Shown: one piece after another, positions 39,132 to 49,233 of the stretch
Layout of the letters: each line of letters starts with the position of its first letter
How positions within the stretch are numbered: the stretch's first letter is position 1
Source of the DNA: an uncultured delta proteobacterium
GTDB taxonomy: Bacteria; Desulfobacterota; RBG-13-43-22
Direction: 5' to 3'
DNA length: 64,000 nt
Assembly (NCBI GenBank): GCA_963802945.1
Contig: CAWDKY010000029.1
Span: forward strand, 64,001-128,000
The notes under the pieces: generated by a model
What the model was told of the DNA's origin: nothing
The model's input: the letters and a program-made list of their open reading frames with translations, nothing else
Databases searched by the model: none
Made by a program: the position numbers and the translations under genes

Positions 39132-42100
39132 TCATTTATCCTCCTCTGAAGGCTTTGCGTCACTTGTTTTAGCTGCTTTATCCTTACTGTGTTTGCCAAA
39201 GGTTTTCTCAATCAACACATAGAAGAGCGGCGCAAACAAGGTTACCAGGAAGGTGGCGGTCACCACCCCACCCAGCGCACCAGTACCGATGGCCTTTTGT
39301 GCGCCTGCTCCCGCGCCGGTTGCAAGGGCTAACGGCAGGACGCCGAATCCGAAGGCCAGCGAGGTCATGATGATGGGACGCAGCCTTAGTTTGGCTCCTT
39401 CCAGAGTCGCCTCAATCAGTCCCATTCCTCCTTCCAGACGGGCCTTGGCGAACTGGACGATAAGGATGGCATTTTTGGTGGTCAGGCCCAGGATGGTCAA
39501 AAGGCCGATCTGGAAATAGATGTCGTTGGGCATCCCCCGCATACTCGTGGCAATGGCGCCGCCGACTGCCCCCAGGGGGAGGGCCAGGAGGATCGCGATG
39601 GGAACGGTCCAACTCTCATACAGGGCTGCTACGCACAGGAAGATGATCAGGATAGAAAAGGCGTAAAGCGGGGCGGCCTGGGTGCTGGCTTGCCGCTCTT
39701 GGTAGGAAATTCCTGTCCAGTCAAAACCGATCTCCTTGGGCAGCTTCGAGGCAAAGTCTATCATGGCCTGCATGGCCTCACCGGAACTCCTGCCTGGCGC
39801 CGGCTCTCCCCATATTTCTAGGGAAGGAAAGGCATTATAGCGCTCTAACCTGGGAGAACCGTAGGTCCAGTGCCCAGAGGCAAAAGTGGAATAAGGGACC
39901 ATATTGCCCGCGTTGTTGCGCACGTAGAGTTTATCCAGATCACTGGGCAACATGCGGTATGGGGCGTCGGCCTGAATGTCCACATGCTTGACCCGTCCAC
40001 CTTTAATAAAATCGTTGACATAGGCGCTGCCAAATAATGCCGAAATGGAGTTGTGGATGGCACTAATGGGAACCCCCAAGGCGCCGGCCTTGTTCCAATC
40101 TAAGTCGATCTTGTATTGGGGAGTATCTTCCAGTCCGTTAGGTCTTATCCGGGTGATTCTCGGATCCTTGGCCGCCATGGCCAGGAGTTGGTCGCGAGCC
40201 GCCATCAGACCCTTGTGTCCCAGGCTGCCACGGTCCTGCAACTCGAAGTCAAAACCCTTGGCATTGCCCAGTTCGATAACCGGCGGCGGCGGGAAGGCGA
40301 ATACCTTGGCGTTGCGGATCTGCGAAAAGGCCCGCATGGCTCTGTCGGCCACAGCGGGGGCTCTCAGCTCCCGCCGGTTACGCAGTTTCCAGTCTTTGAG
40401 TTTGACATAGGCCATACCGATGTTCTGTCCCCGGCCGGCCTGATTCTGACCGCTATTGGCCATAACGGCTTCCACCGCGTCTTTTTCCTTAAGCAGAAAA
40501 TAATTTTGGACGGCATCCATTACTTCCCTGGTCTGTTCCAACGTGGAACCCGTCGGCAGCGTGGCCATGACAAGCAGTGTCCCCTGGTCTTCATCTGGAA
40601 GATAACCCTTAGGTAAATGCAGAAGCAGCAATCCCATCACCGCCACAATCAGCAGGTATAAAACCAAATAGCGCACGTTTTTGTTTAACGACTGACCGAC
40701 CATGCTCACGTACAGATCTCGGAATCGAAAAAAAACGCGATCAAACCATCTGAAAAACGGGCGGAGAAGAGATATCCCGCCTTCTGCCGCTTCATGGCCC
40801 TTGGGCACCGGCTTGAGCAGCGAGGCGCAGAGGACCGGTGTCAGGATTAAGGCCACCAACAGCGAAAGGAGCATGGAGGAGATAATGGTCACGGAAAACT
40901 GGCGGTAAATGACGCCGGTGGAGCCACCGAAAAAGGCCATGGGAGCAAAGACGGCTGAGAGCACCAACCCGATGCCGATCAGCGCCGGGGTAATTTGGTC
41001 CATGGACTTGGCGGTGGCTTCCCGGGGCGAAATCCCTTCTTCGCTCATAATTCGCTCGACATTTTCCACGACCACGATGGCGTCGTCCACCAAAAGGCCG
41101 ATGGCCAGGACCATGGCAAACATGGTCAGCACATTGATGGAGAAACCGAACAATCCTAGCGTCGCGAAGGTGCCGAGAAGGACCACCGGCACGGCGATGG
41201 TCGGAATGAGGGTGGCCCGCATGTTGCCCATGAACAGGTACATGACCAGAAAGACCAGCAAGATGGCTTCGAAAAGGGTCTTGACCACTTCCTCAATGGC
41301 CACTTTGGTAAAGGGTGTCGTGTCGAAGGGATAAACGGCCTTCATGCCGTGGGGAAAGTATCGGCTCAGCTCCTTCATCTTGGCCCGGATCGCGTTGGCC
41401 GTATCCAGGGCATTGGCACCGGGTTCCTGCCGGATGGCCAGCCCGGCCGCCGGCTTGCCCTTGTAATAAGAAAAGGAATCGGCAAGATCGGTTCCCAGTT
41501 CCGTCCGCCCTATTTGCTTGATCCGGACGATGGAGCCGTCCGGATTAATGCGGACGGGTATTTCGGAGAACTCCTCGGTGGTTCTGAGATAGCTATGGAC
41601 GATAATGCTGGCGTTGAGACGCTGTCCTTTCACCGCCGGCGCCCCGCCGAACTGGCCGCCGGAGATTTCCACGTTGTAGTTTTGAAGGGCATTGACCACA
41701 TCGTCCACGGTCAGGCTGTAATCCGTCAGCTTGTTGGGGTTGAGCCAAATCCGCATGGCGTACTCACCACCGAATCCTTCCACCTCCCCAACACCCGGAA
41801 CCCGCGCCAACACTTGCTGCACGGTGGTCAGGGCATAGTCTTTTAAATCGATATCGGTCATGCTGCCGTCTTCGGAAACCAGACCCACGATCATCAGGTA
41901 GTTGGCGGTGGATTTGCGAACCAAGACGCCCCGCTGCTGAACCGTTAAGGGGAGTCGGGCCATGGCCAGCTGGAGCTTGTTCTGCACCTTGGCCCAGGCC
42001 AGGTCCGGATCGGTCCCTGGGGCGAAGGTCAGCGTGATGACAGAGATGCCGGACGAATCGCTGGCGCTGGACATATACAGCATTTTGTCCAGCCCGGTCA

Positions 42101-42308
42101 TCTGCTGCTCGATGATCTGCGTTATACTGTCTTCCACCGTCTCGGCCGAGGCCCCAGGATAAAGGCAGCTAATCCTGATGGAAGGCGGAGCAATAGGGGG
42201 ATACTGGGTGATGGGCAAAGTGTAAATCGCCAGGCCGCCCACCACCATAATAATCATAGCGATGACCCAGGCGAAAACAGGACGGTCCAGAAAGAATCTT
42301 GATAGCAT
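39132..42308 (-). CDS. RND efflux pump inner membrane subunit (AcrB/MexB family)
   Basis: FFLDRPVFAWVIA, AIGLLVDDAIVVVENVER, KNAILIV, RLRPIIMTS. Confidence 0.95.
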   Translation of the reverse strand: MLSRFFLDRPVFAWVIAMIIMVVGGLAIYTLPITQYPPIAPPSIRISCLYPGASAETVEDSITQIIEQQMTGLDKMLYMSSASDSSGISVITLTFAPGTDPDLAWAKVQNKLQLAMARLPLTVQQRGVLVRKSTANYLMIVGLVSEDGSMTDIDLKDYALTTVQQVLARVPGVGEVEGFGGEYAMRIWLNPNKLTDYSLTVDDVVNALQNYNVEISGGQFGGAPAVKGQRLNASIIVHSYLRTTEEFSEIPVRINPDGSIVRIKQIGRTELGTDLADSFSYYKGKPAAGLAIRQEPGANALDTANAIRAKMKELSRYFPHGMKAVYPFDTTPFTKVAIEEVVKTLFEAILLVFLVMYLFMGNMRATLIPTIAVPVVLLGTFATLGLFGFSINVLTMFAMVLAIGLLVDDAIVVVENVERIMSEEGISPREATAKSMDQITPALIGIGLVLSAVFAPMAFFGGSTGVIYRQFSVTIISSMLLSLLVALILTPVLCASLLKPVPKGHEAAEGGISLLRPFFRWFDRVFFRFRDLYVSMVGQSLNKNVRYLVLYLLIVAVMGLLLLHLPKGYLPDEDQGTLLVMATLPTGSTLEQTREVMDAVQNYFLLKEKDAVEAVMANSGQNQAGRGQNIGMAYVKLKDWKLRNRRELRAPAVADRAMRAFSQIRNAKVFAFPPPPVIELGNAKGFDFELQDRGSLGHKGLMAARDQLLAMAAKDPRITRIRPNGLEDTPQYKIDLDWNKAGALGVPISAIHNSISALFGSAYVNDFIKGGRVKHVDIQADAPYRMLPSDLDKLYVRNNAGNMVPYSTFASGHWTYGSPRLERYNAFPSLEIWGEPAPGRSSGEAMQAMIDFASKLPKEIGFDWTGISYQERQASTQAAPLYAFSILIIFLCVAALYESWTVPIAILLALPLGAVGGAIATSMRGMPNDIYFQIGLLTILGLTTKNAILIVQFAKARLEGGMGLIEATLEGAKLRLRPIIMTSLAFGFGVLPLALATGAGAGAQKAIGTGALGGVVTATFLVTLFAPLFYVLIEKTFGKHSKDKAAKTSDAKPSEEDK

Positions 42309-42320
42309 TGTGGGCCTCCG

Positions 42321-43520
42321 TCAATTCGATTTTGCCGGCGGCGTTAAGGCCTTCTTACGTTCCCCGCTGCTTGTTGTGCTGCCCATTTCAAAAGGAACAA
42401 CCTTTACGGAAGCACCGGGTGTCACCTTTTGCATCCCTTCGATAATTACCCGATCACCTGGTGCCAGACCCGATGAAACGAGCCATTGATCGCCGATGGC
42501 TCGATCGAGCCTGAGCATCCGCAATTGGACCTTACTCGCGGCGTCTACGATCAAGGTGAACGGGTTACCCGTGGGATCGCGTGTCACGGCCTGCTGGGGA
42601 ATGAGGGTGGCCTTCTTATCGACACCTTCCGGCACCACCGTCCGGACGAACATGCCCGGCAGGAGAACCCCATTCGGATTGGGAAAGATGGCCCGTAGAA
42701 TTACCGATCCGGTCGTCGGATCGACCGTGACGTCTCGGAATTGAAGGGTTCCCGCCAATGGATAGGCTGTACCGTCTTCCAGAATCAGTTGAATCTTTTT
42801 CTGATTTGCCCCATTTTGATCCAGACGGCCTTCCTCCAAGCTGCGCCGTAATCGCAGCACTTCGGTCGTGGATTGAGGCACATCTACGTATATGGGATTC
42901 AGTCGTTGAACGGTCGCCAGGGCCGTGGGCTGCTGCGCCGTCACCAGGGCGCCCACTGTTACGTTGGATCTTCCGATCCGGCCTGAGATGGGTGCAGTGA
43001 CGGCGGTGTATTTTAGATTAATAAGGGCTGTCTCGACCATGGCCTTCCAATACTGGATATCCGCCTCTGTCTGTTTCAAGGCAGCAGCCGCATCGTCGTA
43101 GTCCTGCTGGCTGACCGCTTTATCGACCAGCAATTCCCGCAAACGATCAGCCTTCAGCCGGATCGCCGGCAGATTGGCCTCGGACCTCATGAGCGCGGCC
43201 TTGGCATTGTCAAGCGCCGCCTGATAGGTGGCCGGATCGATTTGATAAAGCACCTGGTCGGCCTTGACATCGGAGCCTTCCGTAAACAAGCGCTTCTGGA
43301 TGATGCCACCTACCTGAGGACGCACGTCAGCTACTAAATTGGCGGAGGTTCGACCGGGCAATTCGGTCGTGATAGCCAGCTGCTTCGTCTGTATCGTCAC
43401 AACGGCAACTTCGGGAGCAATACTTTGAATGCCTTTCTTCTGTCCGCAACCGCCCAGGAGCAAGAGTCCGAAGAGAAAACCCCCGGCAGCGATTAGTTTG
43501 GCTTGGTCATGAATCTGCAT
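42321..43520 (-). CDS. RND efflux periplasmic adaptor (AcrA/MexA family lipoprotein)
   Basis: Lipobox LGGC, ELPGRT, VRPQVGGII, APISGRIG, VDPTTGS, LLPGMFVR. Confidence 0.95.
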   Translation of the reverse strand: MQIHDQAKLIAAGGFLFGLLLLGGCGQKKGIQSIAPEVAVVTIQTKQLAITTELPGRTSANLVADVRPQVGGIIQKRLFTEGSDVKADQVLYQIDPATYQAALDNAKAALMRSEANLPAIRLKADRLRELLVDKAVSQQDYDDAAAALKQTEADIQYWKAMVETALINLKYTAVTAPISGRIGRSNVTVGALVTAQQPTALATVQRLNPIYVDVPQSTTEVLRLRRSLEEGRLDQNGANQKKIQLILEDGTAYPLAGTLQFRDVTVDPTTGSVILRAIFPNPNGVLLPGMFVRTVVPEGVDKKATLIPQQAVTRDPTGNPFTLIVDAASKVQLRMLRLDRAIGDQWLVSSGLAPGDRVIIEGMQKVTPGASVKVVPFEMGSTTSSGERKKALTPPAKSN

Positions 43521-43676
43521 GCAACACCTCTGTCATTTGAAATTTGGCGACCCATCATCGATCACCTCTGGATGGTGACGGTTGGCTCGTGAGTAAAACC
43601 ATATAAAAATAAATCCAAAACATAACTGAATGAGCGAGCATTCTTCATTTTAGAAAATACCCCGAATCCATCCCAG

Positions 43677-43713
43677 AAAAAAGAGGCCATGGAAAATCTG
43701 GCCCTCTTTTTCT
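43677..43713 (-). terminator. Terminator-like hairpin in the leader of the RND operon
   Basis: Minus strand AAAAAAGAGGGCCAG...TGGCCTCTTTTTT, about 160 nt upstream of the acrA-like start. Confidence 0.55.
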
Positions 43714-44057
43714 CAAGAACGAATGACTTAACTTATCTTTTGGAAGAAACACAGATTATCTGCCGCTCCACGGACAACCGTAAAGAATAAATCTGCGATG
43801 CCCTGGAATGGCTGGTCCTACCTTTGGCAGGATGCTTCCCTTTCCCCGACCAGGGGGGAGGCAATAGTTTGCTATTATGATTTTAATTATAACGTCTTCC
43901 GGGGATTTTGTCAAAAAGAAAATGACGATGCCTTCATTTCCTTACCATTTATGGAGATAATTTTTAAGCCGCCTCACCTCCTGGTGGGGCAGACTGTTGA
44001 GTTCAATCTGTAATGTAATCTTCACGTTAATAACTTGATGATTGTGAATGATAGTAG

Positions 44058-44119
44058 GTGTACTCGATGCATTCGCCAAAGTGAGACCATTTTCGAGAAA
44101 ACTTGAGGGCGTCTTCCTC
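44058..44119 (-). repeat. ~62-bp dispersed repeat
   Basis: Minus strand GAGGAAGACGCCCTCAAGTTTTCTCGAAAATGGTCTCAC...GAATGCATCGAGTACAC, homolog of 27421-27482. Confidence 0.7.
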
Positions 44120-44346
44120 TAATAATCATTTTAAGGTCTTGGGTCACCATGCGCGATTTCAAACAGCCATCGAAATGATCCACACCTCTCTTGATTATGT
44201 AATATACCTTGTCCACCACACCTCATAGTTGAATTAAGGCTCCCCTAAAAGAAGTGGACAAGAACCAATGATAATTTCTTGCCTTACTCTTCAATCGAGT
44301 CCAGTCAGCTTTTATATTCAGGACTCCGCAGTATGGCCAATTATTG

Positions 44347-44907
44347 CTATCTTACGGTATACCCCTGGGCATCAAGGCAGGCGCTTATCGCCCTAAAATA
44401 GTCCGCGCTCTTTTGGATGGCCTGAGCATCAGGGGCGCCAACGGGTGGTTTTGCCGGATCGAAGCCTGTCTGACTAACAGTCCAGGCGTGGCACTTGTCA
44501 AAATCTTTGGCCTTTTGCTCTTCACTTTGACCTTTACGGGGGTAGATAAACAACTTACCACCCGACCCTTGGCTTGCCGACGGCGGCACCTGATTTCCTT
44601 CGGCTGGAGGTGGATAATAATCTGGCGGCGGGGGATAATAATAATAATCTGGAGGGTAATAATAAGGCCACAAGTCCCAGCCTAAGACACCGCCAATAAT
44701 CAAACCGGGTAAGAACCCCCCATGCCCACGAAACCCTCTATACCCTCGAAATCCACGAAATCCTCCATGCCCTGCAGATCCATGAAATCCTCCATGTCCT
44801 CCAGATCCATGAAATCCTCCAGACCCATGGTCAGCTTCGGCCTGTTTAGGCAACACTAATAGGGTTAACACAAAAAGGATGCTTAAGAGACTAATGAGCT
44901 TTTTCAT
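44347..44907 (-). CDS. Exported Gly/His- and Pro/Tyr-rich protein
   Basis: Signal peptide ending KQAEA, GGFHGS/GFR repeats, YYYPP runs, LFIYPRKGQ...CHAW...TGFDP...ACLDAQGYTVR. Confidence 0.8.
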   Translation of the reverse strand: MKKLISLLSILFVLTLLVLPKQAEADHGSGGFHGSGGHGGFHGSAGHGGFRGFRGYRGFRGHGGFLPGLIIGGVLGWDLWPYYYPPDYYYYPPPPDYYPPPAEGNQVPPSASQGSGGKLFIYPRKGQSEEQKAKDFDKCHAWTVSQTGFDPAKPPVGAPDAQAIQKSADYFRAISACLDAQGYTVR

Positions 44908-45232
44908 ATTCTATTCTCCCGGCCAGTCTGGAACAGGCAACTGGTTCAAACTGGTTTTTTTAAATAAGACGTTAAAAGGACAGAAAAGTTAAAAAATATC
45001 AAACAAGACTATTTATGCCTCCTGGCTTTATATTAATAATATTTTGTGGCCCGTTGTCAAGAGAGGGCATTATCTGAAAAGGTAAGGGACGAAGTATTGA
45101 TAATCAGGACAGGTGGAGAGGAATTTCCCTTTTGTCTTCCCAGTATTTGCCTTTGTCTTGACTCTCCTTTTTTTTTATTTTATGCTATTTCCAGTTAAAA
45201 GAAAAGGTCCAAATTTTTGAAGGAGGCCCAAT

Positions 45233-45676
45233 ATGTTTTCACCAAAAAGTATTCTGGTACCCACAGATTTTTCCGAATATTCGGACAAGGCACTGCAAAA
45301 CGCAATAGACATTGCTAAAAAATTCACAGGCAAGATCTATCTGTTACATGTGGTCGGAACAGTCATTCAGTACATGGCCTATTATGAGATTGATCCACAA
45401 ACCGTTAATTTGGTGGAAAAGGAAAATATCGCTGCGGCCAAAAAAATGCTTACGGAACAACTCGCAAAATTTCCGGATTCAAAATCGATTGAGATCATGA
45501 CCGATATTCGGATAGGAGCCCCCTACGAGGAAATATTAAGAGATCAACAAGAAAAAAAGATAGACTTGATCGTGATTGCCTCCCACGGCAAAACAGGCTT
45601 ATTAAGTCATCTTATCGGAAGCGTAGCCGAAAGAGTTGTAAGAAGTGCCAAATGCCCTGTTCTTCTGGTGAGGTAG
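45233..45676 (+). CDS. Universal stress protein
   Basis: ILVPTDFS, DLIVIASHG, IGSVAERVVRSAKCPVL. Confidence 0.95.
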   Translation: MFSPKSILVPTDFSEYSDKALQNAIDIAKKFTGKIYLLHVVGTVIQYMAYYEIDPQTVNLVEKENIAAAKKMLTEQLAKFPDSKSIEIMTDIRIGAPYEEILRDQQEKKIDLIVIASHGKTGLLSHLIGSVAERVVRSAKCPVLLVR

Positions 45677-45957
45677 GGTTAAGGATGATGACCGGAGACC
45701 GGAATAAGTTGGGTTGCACAGCGCATGTTGGCAACCATTGTCAGCCATTTCTAATTATAAGCCTGAACCTTCTTTTTTTATGAAAAAGTTTAGTTGTACT
45801 CTTTGTTCATCAGATATATTGACACTACTTGTCCGGTGAATTATCGTTCCAAGAATTTTTTTCGACTTATTGATTAGGAACGGTAGCAAAAGAGTAGCAA
45901 AACCGAAACGAAATAAAAAAAGGAGTTAACTTTCTTAGTTAACCCCTTAATTTTTCA

Positions 45958-46032
45958 TGGTAGGCGGTACTGGATTTGAACCAGTGACTTCCACCGTGTG
46001 AGGATGGCACTCTACCGCTGAGTTAACCGCCC
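45958..46032 (-). tRNA. tRNA-Val(CAC)
   Basis: GGGCGGTTAACTCAGCGGTAGAGTGCCATCCTCACACGGTGG...GGTTCAAATCC...CTACCA, 75 nt. Confidence 0.97.
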
Positions 46033-46332
46033 GAAACCTTTTTCTCTCTTTGTATCCAAAATCAAGAATTTTTTCAAGAGAAAATTATTTTTAAGGCCTG
46101 AATTGCTTTTTTCAAGCCATTATTGTTCTTGACAACAATAAGAGTTCTTTTATATTAAACCCATCGCACATCTTTCCCTTTTTCACGCATTATTTTTGTC
46201 CGGACAAAAGGCCAACATGGCTCTAGTCATAACCCTTCTCGGGTAGAACATGGAAACTGAAAGAACTGTTCTGGCAGGATTAAACTGAAATTGGCTAAAT
46301 AACGAGAAGATGAAAAAGGATTATCGGGGGAT

Positions 46333-47932
46333 ATGAGCAAGGACCGTACGAAGAAAACTACCAAGTCCCGGTCCAGACCTGAAAAGTCTTTGTCGCCTGG
46401 GTTGAGGAACTACCTGTATATCACCGCAGCGGTGTGCGGTGCGGCCGTGCTCATCGTTGAAATCCTCGGGGCCAAGATGCTCTCACCTTATTTCGGGACT
46501 TCCCATTTTGTCTGGACGGCGCAAATTGCCGTGACGTCTGGTATCGCTGGCCATTGGCTATTGGTTCGGCGGCTGGCTGGTGGACCGGTCAACCAGGCTG
46601 AACCGGCTCTATGCCTGTGTTTTGATCGCAGCCCTGTATTTATGCCTGACCGTGCCCCTGTGCCGTCCGTTGGCCGAAAGCTGTCTTGAACTCAGACTTG
46701 CCCTGGGTTCCCTGCTGACCTCCCTGTTTTTATTTTTTATTCCGCTGGCCTTGCTGGCCACGGTCGGTCCCTTTCTGGTCCGGGTGATGACCGCCTCCAT
46801 GAACGTCGTTGGCAGCCAGGTGGGCCGGTTGACGGCCATCAGCACAGCAGGGAGTGTGGCCGGAACGATACTGATCGGCTATGCCTTGATTCCGTTTTTC
46901 CCGAATTCAGTGACCATGCTCTGCACAGCGGCGATACTTTTGACTCTGGTGGTCATTTATTTCATCCTGTGGGGCAAAGGGCAAGGTGTAGTTGTGACGG
47001 CTGTAATGGTTTCCCTGGCTGGATTGTGGATTGGGTGGTGGGGTGTGGGCGTGGACGCTCGCCTCCAGATGCCGAATGTTATCGAACTGGAGAGATGCAA
47101 TTCCAATTTCGGCCTGATGCAAGTCATAGAAGCCACGAATCCGCCATCCCGAGTTTATTTCAATGATTATCTCTGCCAGAACGGCTTTGATCCGCAGACC
47201 AAGCAGAGCATTCATACCTTCACCTACCTGCTGTACGGTTTGGCGCGTGCTTATACAGAGAAGATCGAGAACGCCTTGTGTATTGGTATGGGGGTGGGGA
47301 TCGTGCCCATGCAGCTGGCGCGCGAAGGGGTTAAGGTGGATGTGGTGGAGATCAATCCGGCCGTGGTGCCGCTGGCCAAGCGATACTTCGAGTTCGATCC
47401 GGGACGTGTGAGTCTGTTTTTTGACGATGGCCGGCATTTCCTAAATGACTGCCAACGGCGCTATGATACGGTCATCCTCGATGCCTTTTTGGGAGACTCC
47501 TCCCCGTCGCATTTGATGACCCAGGAGGCCTTTACGGCCATGCGGGCGGTGCTCAAGCCGGGCGGCACCCTGGTGATCAACACCTTCGGCAACCTGGAAC
47601 AAGGAAAGGATTTTTCTACGGCCTCTTTGGAGAAGACACTGCGGGCGGTCTTTAAAAGTGTGAAACTCCATGCCGAGAGCCCGGACGGAAACATTTTCTT
47701 TGTGGCTTCGGACCGGAAGGAATTGACGTTTCTGCGCGAACCGGATCAGGCAGATATTCATTCTACTATAGCCGGACCGGTGGCGGCGGCCTTTAAGGGG
47801 GTAGTGCAGGCAGATTCTCACCATGGACGAGTGTTGATAGATGATTTTAATCCGGTGGAATATTATGATGCGGCCAACCGGGAAAGCCTCCGGCGAAGAC
47901 TGGCCTTGGTCATGAATCCCCGTACACGATGA
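46333..47932 (+). CDS. Fused membrane domain / spermidine synthase-like methyltransferase (frameshift near 46540)
   Basis: EILGAKMLSPYFGTSHFVW N-terminus, then multiple TM helices, LCIGMGVG, VVEINP, DGRHFL, ILDAF and SHLMTQEAF. Confidence 0.85.
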
Positions 47933-48001
47933 TGTTTCTGTGCCTGGCGATGTCCTTTCCGGCAGGATTCTGCTCCCACCCCTTCAAAGGCAAACTGTCT
48001 T

Positions 48002-49189
48002 CTATCCCCGCCACATGACCTCAAAGAGTTCGCGGAGGGCCGCGCCTTTGCATTCACAGGGCGTGGTGTACATATTGGGATCCTTTTCGGCAATTTGAAC
48101 CAGCTTATCAATCTCCGCCTTCATCTGGTCTTCCGTGATGCCGGCACCTCTCAGACTCAACGGTTCTTCGATTTCCTTCTGGATCGATCTGATCCGTTCG
48201 ATGAAGGCCTCCACAGCACCCTTAGGGGTGGGTTCGTTAATACCCACAAACCCGGCCAGGACGGCCAGGCGCTCGATGGGGTCCGGGACGCCCTCAATCG
48301 GCGGATGGGTGGCGATGTAGGTGAGAGAATAGGGCAGGGCAATCCCAATGGCCCGACCGTGTGAAAGGTGGAAGAGCGCACCAGCCGAATGGCCCAGGGC
48401 ATGGGACAGTCCGGTATTGCTGTTGCCGAAACCCAGTCCGGCAATGGTGGCGGCGTTCTGCATTTTTTCTCTGGCCTGGAGGTTTGAGCCGTCGCGATAG
48501 ACCACGGGAAGCCATTCCAGGGCCATGCGAACGGCCTGCAGGCAAGGGCCGTCGCTGAAATCGTTTTGTTGTCTTGAGGTGTATCCGTCTACGGCATGGG
48601 CAATAACATCCAAGCCGGTACTGGCTGTTAATCCTTTCGGCAAGGCCAGGGTCAGATTTGTTTCCAGTACAGATAGATCTGGGACGATGTCGTTATGGGC
48701 GAAGACGATCTTTCGGTTCATGGCTCGGTCGGTAAGCACGGCCACCCAGGTCACATCGGCCCCTGTGCCGCTGGTCGTTGGGATGGACACCAACCTGGCC
48801 TTTTGGCGCAGATTCAACTTGGCCTTGGGTAAAATGGATTTGGTCAAGTCACCTGAAGCCAGGTCCGGCCGCTCATAGAGCACCCAGGCGGCCTTGGCCG
48901 TGTCTATGGCTGATCCTCCACCGAACCCGATCACCCATTGGGGATTGAAATCAAGGAGAAACCGGCTGGCCGTAAGGGCAATATCCAAGGTGGGGTCGGC
49001 CTCCACCCCATCCCATATCTTGACCTCATATCCAACAGCCTTCAGCCCTTCAACCAACTCGTTGCATTTTTCCCTCAGGATCCGATCGGTAATGATGGCG
49101 GCCCGGTTACCCTTGCCATCCATTTCGAGAGATAATCTTTTGAGGGCACCTTTGCCGAATATGACTTTTGGACTTAGAAAATAAGGCAT
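48002..49189 (-). CDS. Iron-containing alcohol dehydrogenase
   Basis: GGGSAIDTAK, PTTSGTG, DVIAHAVD, HALGH, HGRA. Confidence 0.92.
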   Translation of the reverse strand: MPYFLSPKVIFGKGALKRLSLEMDGKGNRAAIITDRILREKCNELVEGLKAVGYEVKIWDGVEADPTLDIALTASRFLLDFNPQWVIGFGGGSAIDTAKAAWVLYERPDLASGDLTKSILPKAKLNLRQKARLVSIPTTSGTGADVTWVAVLTDRAMNRKIVFAHNDIVPDLSVLETNLTLALPKGLTASTGLDVIAHAVDGYTSRQQNDFSDGPCLQAVRMALEWLPVVYRDGSNLQAREKMQNAATIAGLGFGNSNTGLSHALGHSAGALFHLSHGRAIGIALPYSLTYIATHPPIEGVPDPIERLAVLAGFVGINEPTPKGAVEAFIERIRSIQKEIEEPLSLRGAGITEDQMKAEIDKLVQIAEKDPNMYTTPCECKGAALRELFEVMWRG

Positions 49190-49233
49190 AATTTTTCTCC
49201 TTTGTTATTTGGATGTGATTTTAGGGACCTGAT

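Noticed and set aside
44730-44830. Tandem DNA repeats (ATCCATGAAATCCTCC) as a non-coding array
   Set aside because: They encode the GGFHGS peptide repeats of the 44347-44907 protein.
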